Shown piece by piece: positions 1 through 11,400 of a stretch of 34,165 bases of DNA. Within the stretch, counting starts at the first letter, position 1, and the number at the start of each line of letters is the position of its first letter. Source of the stretch: Octopus bimaculoides (taxonomy: Eukaryota). Location: assembly GCF_001194135.2 (NCBI RefSeq), contig NC_068982.1, positions 57,927,978 through 57,962,142 on the forward strand. Reading direction: 5' to 3'. Below the pieces are notes generated by a model. It saw nothing but the letters and a program-made list of their open reading frames with translations. It ran no database searches and was not told the DNA's origin. The translations under genes and the position numbers were made by a program.

Positions 1-286
1 CATCATCCATGCGAACACATTTCTCTCCTACAACATCACTATTCTCTCTCCTACACTGTCTTGCAACACGAAATACCTCGAGTCTTTGGTCCTCACGGCG
101 CAGAACATTGGCAAATCTTTTCTTATCTGCTTCCCCTCTGGCTAAATAAACCTGTCGCCTAGCCTCCCTTCTGGCACATTGGTACAATTCCCTGCTACCA
201 CCGTTCTTCCAGTCCTTCCAAGCCTGTTTCTTTTGTCTAATAGCCCTGTCTACCTCCTTGTTCCACCACCACGTTACTCTGGGTCT
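1..286 (-). mobile_element. RTE-clade LINE fragment (linker between endonuclease and RT), runs off the window edge
   Basis: Minus strand translates without stops as RPRVTWWWNKEVDRAIRQKKQAWKDWKNGGSRELYQCARREARRQVYLARGEADKKRFANVLRREDQRLEVFRVARQCRRENSDVVGEKCVRMDD, matching the RTE WWWNxEV...AxRxAxRxV linker pattern. Confidence 0.85.
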
Positions 287-295
287 TTATGTGTA

Positions 296-600
296 TTCAT
301 GTGTTACTTATAGACTTGAAACCTACTGGACCAATCTTAATGAAATTTGGAACACAAAATCCAAGCTCAGGGAGAAGGGTAATGCCATATGTTTCATTCA
401 ATTTTGAGGGGGCAGGAGCCCCCGTGAAAATTCATATGCTTTGGATTTTGATGAAATTTGAACCATAGGTATTAGAAATAAATTTTAAAATATACCCAAA
501 ATTTCCATTTCTTTGGATGATTCTAAGATCCCCTAATACAGGCTTAACCCCAAAATTTTAGCCATTTTTCATGATACTGAAGATTAGGTTAACAGATCAA
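296..600 (+). mobile_element. Possible Helitron/Helentron-type non-autonomous remnant
   Basis: ACTGGACCAATCTTAATGAAATTTGG and a second ATGAAATTTG resemble DINE-1/HINE-type core repeats (from memory). No termini identified. Confidence 0.3.
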
Positions 601-1317
601 ATAATTACCAACAAAATTTCATAGAAAATGTTTAATCCTCTTGGGACACCCAGGCTGATTGATTGGCCCAAGTGATACAACCTGAAAGGATTTTGAGGCT
701 GATCCATTGGCCAGAATGGAACAAATGTTGTGAATGGTTGGATTTGAAGTGTAATAGCTAATCAGAGATCATCTTTCAGTTGATGTGTCGCAATAGAAAA
801 AGAATTTTGGTCTTTTTGATTACACATCCCAAAACACCATGTGTTTCAAAAGGGTTAACGTCGTAGTTCTAGCTTCTATTAGCTTTATTTCTCCAGATAG
901 TTCTCTGCAACAAGTCCTCTGCAATATCCCCAAAATCGTGTTTCTGGGACTTTCTATGCAAATATGTCTGAGAGCTTTGTGTGTTACAGAGGTGAATAGG
1001 TAAGGACTGACTCAATGGCAGTGCCAAAAGTCAGAAATGGCATGGAAGGAAAATAATTAGCAAAATAATTTTAGATATGCTCTCTTCCCTCTCACCTGCT
1101 TGTCCTATCCCCACCACCCTCCACCAGCTAGTAGCTGAGGTGATTAATTTCATAGACAATCTCTGATAAGCCCCTTTTTAAGGGCAAAATAAACATAGGA
1201 TTAGAACAGGAAAGAGAAGGAAGGAAATACAGAGAAACTGAGGTGTGTATATGTGTGTGTGTGTGTGAGTGTAAAAGTAGGAAAAAGATTATGTGTGCAT
1301 ATGAGACAGAGAAAAAC

Positions 1318-1361
<44 letters not shown>

Positions 1362-1584
1362 GGGTGGGAGAATGGAAATGTAGAAATGAGAATCAAAACT
1401 GAATGGGAATAATACTGTCAAAGCAGGGAGGAAGTGGCAGTGGGGTGGACAAAAAGAGAATGAAAGTGAGAAGCAATGGAAAAACAATTAAGACACACAC
1501 ACAAAAATAAAAGAACAATAACAAAACAAAATTCACATAGCTCCTCAACCAACAAACACCTCCCCACCACCACCCAGGACTATT

Positions 1585-1626
1585 ATTATTAGAAAAAGAT
1601 CATCATCATTATAAAGAAATTATTAT

Positions 1627-1657
<31 letters not shown>

Positions 1658-1676
1658 AATATTATCATTATTATTA
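1585..1676. repeat. (TAT)n-rich microsatellite
   Basis: Imperfect ATT/TAT run visible in the sequence. Confidence 0.9.
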
Positions 1677-1940
1677 CGCAGTTATTCCTTGCTTTATCAG
1701 GACATTGTGATATGAGCAGAGTTTAGAATGTTCCAAATATTCATTTGGCCAACATGATACATTGGTCTATTATTTGTAGTAGTGTCAGGGGCAACAGTGC
1801 TGGATGATTCATCCATCAATACCTTTATTGGTCATGTCCACTACCAAAAGTGGTTTCACCCCCCCCCCCCCCCACACACATTCTTCCCTCCTCTCTTTCT
1901 CTTGCTCTTACTCCACTCTGTTCTTTCTTTCTTTCTTTCA

Positions 1941-1978
1941 ACCGCCCACACCAATCAATGAAGCAGGAAGCTCTCAGT
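1941..1978 (+). promoter_or_regulatory. Candidate core-promoter motif cluster
   Basis: CCGCCC (1942-1947), CCAAT (1951-1955), CAGGAAG ETS-like (1964-1970) and TCAGT Inr-like (1974-1978) within 38 bp. Confidence 0.25.
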
Positions 1979-2510
1979 AGTGCATTGTGCTGTGTGGACT
2001 TTCTCACATAGCCAACACTTACTCCCTCCCTTGCAGCTACTTCTTTCTTCCCACCACCTTTTTCTCTCGTTCTTTCTTTTGGATGTTTGTCATCAGAACT
2101 CAGTTACACATAAACATAGGTGCACATGTGCATTCACATACATACACAGATTATATCTTGTTTCTTTATTATGATCGGTATCTTGCAGTTATTAGTGGTA
2201 CATGAAGAGTTACGGATAGTCAGGACAGAACTTGTAGGTATCTTGATTGTAACGATCTCACAAGTCAAATGATGAGCCATAACCAACTAAATGATTAATT
2301 AACTAACTAATCCACTGTCTTTCTATAAGTTACTATTACTAAGGATGCCATTATGCAGAGTAACACGACAACAAAGTGATAAAATGTCTGTTCTGCACTG
2401 TATTATCAAAAAACCTCTATGTGGTTTTTTGGCCTGCTAGAAATACTAGCTACATTTCCTTTAAACTACATCCTATCATTTCAAATGAAAAAATGATAAA
2501 ATTGCACCAT

Positions 2511-2665
2511 GATCATGTGGTTAAGAAGTTTGTTTTGCAATCAAGTGGTTTTAGGTTTAATCCCACAGTGTGGCCCATTTGGCAAGTGTCTTCTTGCTAT
2601 AGCTTCAGGCTAACTAATGCCTTGTGAGTGCATTTGGTGGAGGGAAACTGTGTGGAAGCCTGTCT
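2511..2665 (+). mobile_element. tRNA-derived SINE family B, 5' part (tRNA head plus CORE-like segment)
   Basis: Degenerate A/B boxes followed by GGCAAGTGTCTTCT...GCCTTGTGAGTGCATTTGGT; homologous to the copies at 5878-6263 and 28890-29070. Confidence 0.7.
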
Positions 2666-3260
2666 CATATACATACATGTATGTATGTATATATGTATGT
2701 ATGTTATTATTCAATTTTATTTCAAGATTTCTTGCCAGTAGAGCAAGGGCCAGTTTCTAACCTAAATCCAAGGCTCCTTCATTGTAATTTCAACAACAGG
2801 TATTTTTGTATGTATGTATATGTGCAGATTTGAATGTTTTGTTTTATGTATGTATTCTCATGCACATAGTTGCATATCTAAACATGCTCATATATACTTA
2901 AATGATAAACTTCTTGAAAGTTTTACAGATTTTTACAGTTACAATGATGGATTGGATCTGTAATTTTTGAATCAGCTTTCTCCTTTCTGTCTGTCTGTAG
3001 GTAGGTATGTATGTGCCACTGTATGAAGTAGACTATCAGGTGCTATACACCACAGGTCACACTGTGCTTCCTCACATTGTTATAGCTTACAAATGATGTC
3101 ACTCCACTGGCTGGGAACCCTGTCTTGGATGGTTTAGTCAAACAAATCAGGTGCAGTGCTTATTAATTTTTTTCAGAACCTAATTAGCTGGTTGTTTCTT
3201 AAACTTAATATCAGTTCTTGGGAAGAATTTTATTTTAGTTTTAAAGTTTGAAATTATTTA

Positions 3261-3488
3261 TTAACCCTTTAACATTCGGATTATTCTGTCAAATGCAAAG
3301 ATTATTTTTGCACACTGTTTTGAATTAAGCATGAATTACCTTGTAACTTCAAGATTTCGATGATGTGACTGTTTATTTTCGCAATGAGATAGTAGGGTAG
3401 GTGTGAGAGGTCAGCTCTAGCTGGTTTCAACATTAAACAGGTAAAATATTCTGGCCTGGTGTAGCTGGTTTAAATGCTAAAGGGTTGA
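3261..3488 (-). mobile_element. piggyBac-like MITE (~228 bp)
   Basis: Begins TTAA-CCCTTT and ends AAAGGG-TTGA; reverse-complement homologue of 4266-4494. Confidence 0.8.
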
Positions 3489-3574
3489 AACAGGATATTT
3501 GTGCATTCAAAAGCGAACATTTGAACATCAATTTCTAATTTCTGTTCATATTTGTTTTTAAATAGCTACAGCAT

Positions 3575-3790
3575 GCAATCTATCATTGCTATTGTTGTTT
3601 ATCTCCAGGTCAGCATTGGTCAAGTAGACCTGTGAAGAAAAACAATCCAGCCATGATCAACCCATCTTTTTTTCAGATGCTGTGTAACTAAGGTTACAAT
3701 ATCTGATGCATGTTTTATAACAGAGGGATGTGATTTGTAAAAATTTGGCTGCTATTTCAAACAGCTCAAAGAACCACAGAGAGGCTTCTT
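3575..3790 (+). repeat. Unclassified interspersed repeat family H
   Basis: Shares ATTTGGCTGCTATTTC..CAG...GAGGCT with 9795-9865 and 25108-25170, and its upstream part resembles 5650-5750. Confidence 0.55.
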
Positions 3791-4265
3791 TGCTTGCTTG
3801 ATGTAATTCTTTGAAAAAATTTAAAACACATATTGTTCAATCTGCTTTATTCATTAATTAAAAAAAAAAATCTAAGAAAACTAAAATTTAAATTCAATTA
3901 CAAAATTGTGCTACTCGAATCATTTATCAAAATTATATTTTACTCAAAAGAAATGGGCCTTAACCATTTTTGGGGTTTATAGAACATCAAAGTAATGACA
4001 TATAGTACCCAAACACCATTCCTTCAATGTAAAATTTTATCTGCTCACAAACAAACTACAAACTTCACCAGTCTGCTAGTCAGATCCAAGAAGAATTTTT
4101 CTGCTCTAATTAATCAGATTTATAAATTTCCGCTTTTGAATTCAATTTTACAGTCAAGAATCAAGAATTAATTTTTTCCAGATTTTAAACGAAACTATTT
4201 CATATGTTTTCATAAATTATCTCTTGGCCAAGCCAAAGTTGAGAATCATTGCTAAAAAAAACACT

Positions 4266-4494
4266 TTAACCCTTTAACATTTAAATCAGTTACATCCAGC
4301 CCAAATATTCTACCTGTTTCATGTTCAAACTGGCCAGATCTGGCCTCTCGCACCAACCCTACAATGTCATTCTAAAAAGAAACAACCACATCATCAAAAT
4401 CTTTAAGCTGTGAGATAATGCATGATTTATTCAAAACAATTTGAATAAATAGGCATTACAGTTTGATGGAGTAATCTGAATGCTAAAGGGTCAA
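4266..4494 (+). mobile_element. piggyBac-like MITE (~229 bp)
   Basis: TTAA-CCCTTTAACATT ... AATGCTAAAGGG-TCAA; terminal inverted repeats with TTAA-type flanks. Confidence 0.8.
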
Positions 4495-5877
4495 ACCAAA
4501 TGATGCAGCAGTGATTAAGAACTAGATGTTGCATAATGGAAAGAGAGACAGTATTCTTCACTTACTAAAGAATATAATCACAACAACAGACTTATTCCAG
4601 TCAGGCCATTCTATCTCATCACCACCACATCAAACCGGCTGCCACCTCCTTCCTTTCTTCCTCCTCCTCCACTAAATAATGAAATTTGTAAAAAGAACAT
4701 TCCGACCTATGGCTCATTTTCAAATCTATCACCATATACACTCTTCGGTTAACTTTAGAAAACTTGTGTAACTGATTATATAATCTGGCAGTGTTGGTAG
4801 CACATATGGAGAAAAAAGAAAAACGATAAAGATAAATAAAAAATAAATAGTGCAAAAACCTACAGGAAAGAGGGGAAAAAAATTACTGAATTTTGGGTTA
4901 ATAAAAGATATGTGTGAAGACATACAGGCAGACAGACAGAGACAACCAACCAAGGGCAACCAGGCTGACAGACATACAGACACACAACGACAACATCTGG
5001 AAGCACTCAATCTTTATAGAGGATCTCAGATTTCTTGTCATTAGTCACCAACAAAGCTAAAGTTGTCTTATTTTAGACGCCACATTCTCATTTCGATATA
5101 CTCTGAAAATCCCACTCAGCTCAGCTTACCGAAGCACATCAGACAGATATTTCAAAACTATATCCTATCCTCAAATGAGAAAGAAATAAAAGGGTAGGTG
5201 AGGAGAAAGAAACAAAAAAAGCAAAAAAAAAAAAAAAAAAAAAANNNNNNNNNNCAAAACAAACAAGCAAACACACAAATAGAAAAATCTGAGAAGTTTC
5301 ATGGGTACTTCAACACAAATCATCGTCAGAAAAGTAAGAAAATTTATCAACTAATAACACCTGGTCTCTTTTCTCCATTTTCTTTGAGCTTCTCAGTTCC
5401 TTTACCATCCTCTTTCAACAGTATTTGATGATGTCAAGGACTGTTTCTATTTTCTCTCTTACACATGGCACTTCTCAAGAAAGAAAGTGATATGAAATGA
5501 TAATTTTTTTCTTTTTTTTTTTTGCTTTGTCCTCTTTGGTAATATTATTATAAATGACCCACCTTGAGACTCTCCTGAGAACAAGAAGAAAGGAAGAAAA
5601 TTCCAGCTGTTGATACACTTGTTTTGGCCCATGCCAGTCCTAAATGGGTAAATTTAGGATCAAAAGACATTCCATTTGTGACCATTCCTTCTTTTCTTTT
5701 CAGGTATAGTCAAGATAAGATTACAAAATATCCAATGTGCTTTTTTCTAAATGGGTAGACTGATGATTGAAAAATACTCCAGCTTTGGCTTCCTTTTTTG
5801 GTATAGTAATGCTAGGACTACAATATCCATTGTGTTTTACCCTAATTAAGATGGTAAGGTGGTATTATTAATGCTTT

Positions 5878-6263
5878 CCTTGTTTCATTGAACTGTGGCC
5901 ATACTGGGGCACAGCCTTGAAGAGTTTTAGTTGAACAAATTGAACTCAGTGTTTAGGTTCTTCAAATCTAGTACTCATTCTATTGGTCTGTTTTTGCCAA
6001 GCTGCTAAGTTACAAGGATATAAATAAGCCACCACTAGTCAAACGGTGGAGGTGGGTGACATACAGACACAAAAACACACATGGATACACACACACACAT
6101 AGATTTAAGGGCTTCCACAGTTTCTGTATACCAAATTCACTGACAAAGCATAGGTCAACCTGGAACAATAGTAGAAGATACTTGCTCAAGGTGCCACGCA
6201 GTGGAACAGAACTTGAAACCATGTGATTGCGAAGCGAGAATCTTAACCACACAGCCTTACCTG
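5878..6263 (-). mobile_element. Near full-length tRNA-derived SINE family B
   Basis: tRNA-like head at ~6200-6260 and CORE-like CTTGAGCAAGTATCTTCT on the minus strand; internal CA microsatellite; 3' part homologous to 26136-26331 and 14730-14905. Confidence 0.75.
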
Positions 6264-6577
6264 CTAGAAGTGAGATTCAGCGAACATTTTCAGTAAATTG
6301 AAAAACCATGTAGAGGATCATTTGTTGGCTGAAGGAAAAAGTTGTATACTGGCAAAGCTAAGATAGCAATGTTATAAACTGTTCTAACTGTAAGAGAGAC
6401 TAATATAAACAAGAAACTAATATAAATATACAGAAAACTTTGCCTGGGGCTATAAACTACAGTAGCATCATCCCATATGGGTCAGCTACATTTAGGTGAC
6501 AAATATACTTCATGATGTCAGGCTGCTACTGTTTACATCTCACTCAGAGATTTATTATTGCTTGTTTCTCCTTTTTT

Positions 6578-6690
6578 NNNNNNNNNNNNNNNNNNNNNNN
6601 NNNNNNNNNNNNNNNNNNNNNNNNNNNNNNNNNNNNNNNNNNNNNNNNNNNNNNNNNNNNNNNNNNNNNNNNNNNNNNNNNNNNNNNNNN
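6578..6690. other. Assembly gap with an identical 53-bp sequence on both sides
   Basis: 6525-6577 is identical to 6691-6743. Confidence 0.95.
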
Positions 6691-6796
6691 GCTACTGTTT
6701 ACATCTCACTCAGAGATTTATTATTGCTTGTTTCTCCTTTTTTGAGATCAGCGATGATTTGTCACTGGAAAAAGCATAGAGTATTTTGTGTTCCGT

Positions 6797-6841
6797 CACA
6801 CGCTGATGACAGGTTACTAGCCAGAAACCCGGGTCCATGTG
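6797..6841 (+). ncRNA. Type I hammerhead ribozyme, partly decayed
   Basis: CACACG-CTGATGA-CA-GGTT-ACT-AGCC-A-GAAA-CCCGGG-TC-CATGTG. Exact core boxes, GUC triplet at 6833-6835, palindromic helix III ACCCGGGT, and helix I with 5 of 6 pairs. Confidence 0.75.
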
Positions 6842-7435
6842 TATCATGCCAGGCTAGAGATGGGAATGATGATTTCCCTTGGCAAATACTGATCGGGCAC
6901 AGACAGTGTGTTGTTAGCCAGTTGGAGGAGATGTCTTCCTGGGGCTAAAAGCTACAGTAGCATCGTCCCATATGGGTCAGCCACATTTAGGTGGCAAATA
7001 TACTTCACTTTGTCAAAAGAGAAATGTGGCAATTATCAGCAATGTCATATTGATGGATTGAAATGCAACTTTTCAATAACTGTTTTTGTCTACTGGGTGT
7101 GTGGGTTTGTAGAGACATCAGCCCCATAGCAAATACCATTAGTGAAAATAACATAGGTTGACTCCTGTAAAAGTGTCATTGAATCAGTTCATCTTCAATG
7201 ATAAAGCATTGCAGAGATGAAATCAATTTGAGATGTTGCTATTTAATGTAAGAAGTATATTTGACCATGACATTTAAATTGCAAGACTACCTATCTAGCA
7301 ATTGTGAATTCAAACATTCACTTATTTAAAATATTTGCAAAACCTCACTGTGAGTGAAAATAAGAACTTTTTAACGTTTTTATATTCTTATTTCACTCAC
7401 CACAAGGCTTTGCAATATCTAAATGTATTTAAAGG

Positions 7436-7634
7436 CAGTGAGATGGCAGAATTGTTAGCATGCAGGGAAAAATACTTAGTGGCACTTCGTCCATCTTTAT
7501 GTTCTGAATTCAAATTCTGCTGAGGCCAACTTTGCCTTTCATCCTTTCGGGGTCAATAAAATAAGTACCTGTTGTGCACTGAGGTTAATATCTCTTACCC
7601 CAAAATTGCTGGCCTTGTGCCAAAATTTGAAATC
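7436..7634 (+). mobile_element. tRNA-derived SINE family D
   Basis: TGGCAGAATTGTTAGC head, TTCAAATTC B-box and GCCTTTCATCCTTTCGGGGTCAATAAAATAAGTACC central domain (resembles the Meta/MESC domain, from memory). Confidence 0.85.
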
Positions 7635-7789
7635 AATATTTAAATGTATTTCAGTTTTTCAGATTTACATTGTGCTACAGTGCATAAAATATAATGCTGT
7701 CAACTGCAGTAATTGTCATCGACAACTATGACAACACCACCGCTGCTGCTACCATCACCACCAACACCACCGTCATCACCATTCATTCA

Positions 7790-7970
7790 TTTTCCCTACT
7801 GGTATGGGTGTGCTAGTTTGTTAAGTTTCAATAGTTTGGGGGAACATCCTGCTCCAATGTCTCATTTTTGGCATGGTCTCTGTGTTTAAGTGCCCTTCCA
7901 AACACCAACCATTTTAATAGAGTGTACAGGGTATATTTCTTCATAGCACCAGCACTACAAAGGTTGCCTT
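7790..7970 (-). mobile_element. Decayed SINE family G
   Basis: TGCCCTTCCAAACACCAACC and GCACCAGCAC match the family G motifs seen at 22010-22200 and 24315-24526. Confidence 0.55.
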
Positions 7971-9065
7971 GTCACCAGCAAGGCTAAAGAACCCTCTCAA
8001 GTCATGCATTGATACTGCTTGAATCAATAGCCAATCCCTTACAGCCTGTGTGTGTTTTGTGGTACCAGCACTTTTGAGGTCATGCTGTAGCTTGGGAGAT
8101 GAAAGTGGGGCTTCATGATGTTGGTGAGTGGGGAGTAATGGAGTCAGAGGAGAGAAGGGGAAGAGTAATGTCAGGGATTAGAGTGAAGGTGAGGTGGAAA
8201 AAAGTGATAACGGTAAAGGGGAAGTTAAGCTGGTGGACCAAGTGATAGAGTGGTGCAGTTCATTCACCATGCCAGTATGGGTTGGCTGGTTTGTTAGGGT
8301 CCAAGACTGTTTTTTTTGGAGTTAAACAGGTTTGTTGCTGAGAGATGATGGTAGAGGAGAGATAACAAAGACAATATTAGAGAAAGGAAGGAGTAACAGA
8401 AAGAAAGCAGAAGTAATGGTAGGTAGTTAGTGATAGAATAATGGACGTTGAGTAAGAAGAGATGTAGGACTACCCCACATTATACATGGGTGGGTAAAGT
8501 GGAGCAGAAAGGAAAGATAAATTGGAAGGAAGGAATAGGAGGGAAAGGGAAAAATAGTATCAAGGGATTTGTGATAGAGAGTTAGAGAAATACAGACAGT
8601 AGGGAGAGAAAGAGGAGGAGAATTGAGTAGATGTAGTGTTTCTTCATGTTATATATATGGGTGGGTAGAGTGGTGCGTGGTGGAGAAATAACATGATTAT
8701 GAGAAGTTAGGCATAAGCTCAACTTAACACGTCAAAGCAAAGAGATTCGGGTGACAGGAGAATCAAAGAGGACTGGTAAAAGTTGTCATCGTGCAATCCT
8801 TCTCCACTCAAGCATTAGGATTTCAGAAGACAGATATGTAGCAGGATATAGGTGATGGAGGTATGAGAAAGAAATATATTCAATATGCACAAATCAAGTA
8901 CTTTCCTCTCAATTTGGGGTGGCATGGCATTGTAAGTAGAAGAGATAAGGTGGTACAGAACAGATACAGCAGTTTGGAGACTAGATGGAAGGGGTGAGGG
9001 TATAGAATGGGCAATAGACAAGAGGGTGCATGGCCATTAATAACAGGTAAGGGATGAAGAGATGA

Positions 9066-9312
9066 GTGCATGCACTAGGCTTGTGTAAGGGTTGGGGCTT
9101 CTGCAGCACCACATATTGCTGGTTGACACAGTTTTCTGTCATTTCTCTTATAAGCTATAACATCACAAGATCCCTTTTTACCACTTCATTCTCAATCTTC
9201 TTATACAGTTACATTTTACTTTTATTGTTCAGAACATGCTTATATAGCTGTCATTCTCCATTTACATTATATGCCCATATCTGCGCAGTCTCCTCCCTGG
9301 TGCACTACATCT
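9066..9312 (-). mobile_element. Decayed RTE LINE 3' end
   Basis: Minus strand gives RRLRRYGHIM*MENDS... and NEVVKRDLVML*LIREMTEN..., decayed versions of RTE RRLRWYGHVMRM and WxEVVxxDL motifs. Confidence 0.65.
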
Positions 9313-10914
9313 GATTTCTCTTATACCCAATTTATGTTCTAGTTCCTTTATCACCACCACCATTGCTTCCACCACCACAACCACCGCCATCACTGCTGTT
9401 GGTACCACCACCGCTTATTTGCCTCAGTGACCCTGAGAGCTTTTCCAGCTGAACACAAGCTCTTGGCAGGGCCTTCCATGCTGGACATATCAAAGAATAG
9501 AGGCCAAACTAATTTAAACCACTTCTGTCCATAAGTTAAAAAAAGGAGAGTCAACACCCCCACCTTCCTAGCAAAAAAAAAAAGCAAAGTTACAGGGGCA
9601 TTGATGACAATTCAAAACCAATGAGATCTGTGAGAGGAAGGCCTTCAGTTAGGGAGACATATGATGTAGTGCAGCAAAATAAAAGCAGGGATTCTACAGA
9701 AGAGCAGAATAGAGCCAGAGTCAAGAAGAGTGAAGAAAAGTTACTGATGGCCTATTCTCCATAGGGAGCAAAGGGCTTTATCTCCTTTTAAAATAGTAAG
9801 GATTAATTTGAAGATTTAGTTGTTATTTCAAGCAGGCTTAGCAACCACATAGAGGGTCTCCCCTTTTGTCCTTGCAATTTAAACAAACCTCTTCTCTCAT
9901 TCACATACACACACACACAAATAAAGAATTAAATCAAATAGGCATAACCCCAAAATGTGTGTATGCACATACACACACACACACGCACTTACAGGGGGCA
10001 AATGACTGAAGACATTTAAGTGTAATAAAGGTAGTATCAGACAACATTAAGAGAGATGTCTAGGAAATAATGGGGATAATTATTAGTCATCAGATATTTA
10101 GTACCAAATACTAATATTCATATGACGATGGAGTCAAAATAAAAATTCACCAGATAACTTGCTGATTCCATCTTGAGTGCTTTATCACCTAAGTTAATCT
10201 TTGGTACTTGTTTAAGTAACAACATCAAAGGATTTCCCAAAGAACATCGCTTATGAAATTCATCTTTGATAATGAAAGGTTAACAGATAACCTTAAAAAA
10301 AAAAAAATTCCTCCCCGCTCAAAAAAAAACAAAAAAACAAAACAAGGAAAAAAAGCGTTGTCTCAGTCATTTTCTTTTACGTTACATTTATTTTTTTTTT
10401 CAAATTTATTTTATTTTATATTTTCTTTTTATACAAATTATTATTGCTAAATTATCCATTCCAGAAAATGTAAGCTTTGAAAGTCATAAAAGCTGACAGA
10501 TTTCTTGCTGATCAGCTTCTCACTTGAAAAACACATGCACACATACAAGCCATGCACACACACACATATTCCCATGCAACTTATAGAAAAGTTAGCTCAA
10601 TTCAGTAAACACACAAATTCAGCCAAGCCTGAAAATGGTGATAATTTCTGACCTTTCAATTCGTCTCAATATTCCACCATGCATAACACCCGCACTTCAT
10701 AAATAACTCCACCTTAACAAATTCCTAGCTTCACCTGTCATACGTCACTTAATTTAGTCTTATTTAATATTCTTCTTTTATTACATTATCCTTCCTATAT
10801 TGCATTTACACTGTGTTGTTTTTTTAGTCTTACATTTAGAATACACAAGTTCTTTTCCTTTATTTTCTTTTGCGTTTTAAACTTTGACTACCAAATACTC
10901 TACTAACACCACCA

Positions 10915-11400
10915 CCAACTTTCATTCTTTTCACCTGGGGTGGGGTTTGATTCTAATCTGAAGACATCTCTACCACCCTTACCACAGCAGAGCAGATCGC
11001 TCCCACATAGGACAATTACCAGACTCTCTACAAGGTACACCAACCAAATTCATTGAATAACAGCTGATTAATGCAAACACGACACTCTCTCCACCTAGTT
11101 TCTTATAGAATACAGCTTAAGTACTCCAGGACACTTAACTTCACTGCTATCTCTTCACTGTAGATCAGCCAATACTTGTCTATTAGGCATACCTTCTTCA
11201 CCTGCACTCCTTCCAGACTACATATTAGACCATCCATAATATGACTCTCCTCCCTTTAGCCTTCTTCTGCGGCTGATTAGTATCCTACAGGACACATTCT
11301 CCTCCCTCTTCAACTCTCCCCAGTGGGTGAATTCCTAACACCCTCACTGGCATTTAATTGTCCTCCCCTCCTTCTCCTATGCTTCATACTTCAGCGTGAA
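10915..11400 (-). mobile_element. Possible highly decayed L1/Tx1-like 3' region
   Basis: Resembles an octopus Tx1-like 3' end from memory (GGTAATTGTCCTATGTGGGAGCGATC). No convincing reading frame. Confidence 0.25.

Larger units (their letters stand above)
6443..7007 (+). mobile_element. Retrozyme-like hammerhead-carrying non-autonomous retroelement (~1.2 units of a ~329-nt monomer)
   Basis: 70-bp direct repeats at 6443-6512 and 6938-7007 (65/70 identical); CTTTG immediately flanks both ends (6438-6442, 7008-7012); internal hammerhead motif; no coding capacity. Confidence 0.65.

Noticed and set aside
2705-3160. Probable additional interspersed repeats
   Set aside because: Single occurrence in the window with no diagnostic motif, so not classifiable without a library search.
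4111-4123. 13-mer TAATCAGATTTAT shared with 21311-21323 (homeodomain-like site)
   Set aside because: Exact 13-mer matches are expected by chance in 34 kb of AT-rich DNA.
4588-4751. Proline-rich plus-strand frame (RLPPPSFLPPPPLNNE...)
   Set aside because: Low-complexity origin, weak splice signals and no recognisable homology.
6441-7007. TG...CA LTR/TRIM reading of the 70-bp direct repeats
   Set aside because: The second repeat starts TT, and this boundary gives no TSD, whereas the 6443 boundary gives CTTTG on both sides.
8090-9060. Long purine-skewed stretch, possibly a decayed retroelement (similar skew at 22240-22680)
   Set aside because: I found no convincing protein motif or termini in the frames I examined.
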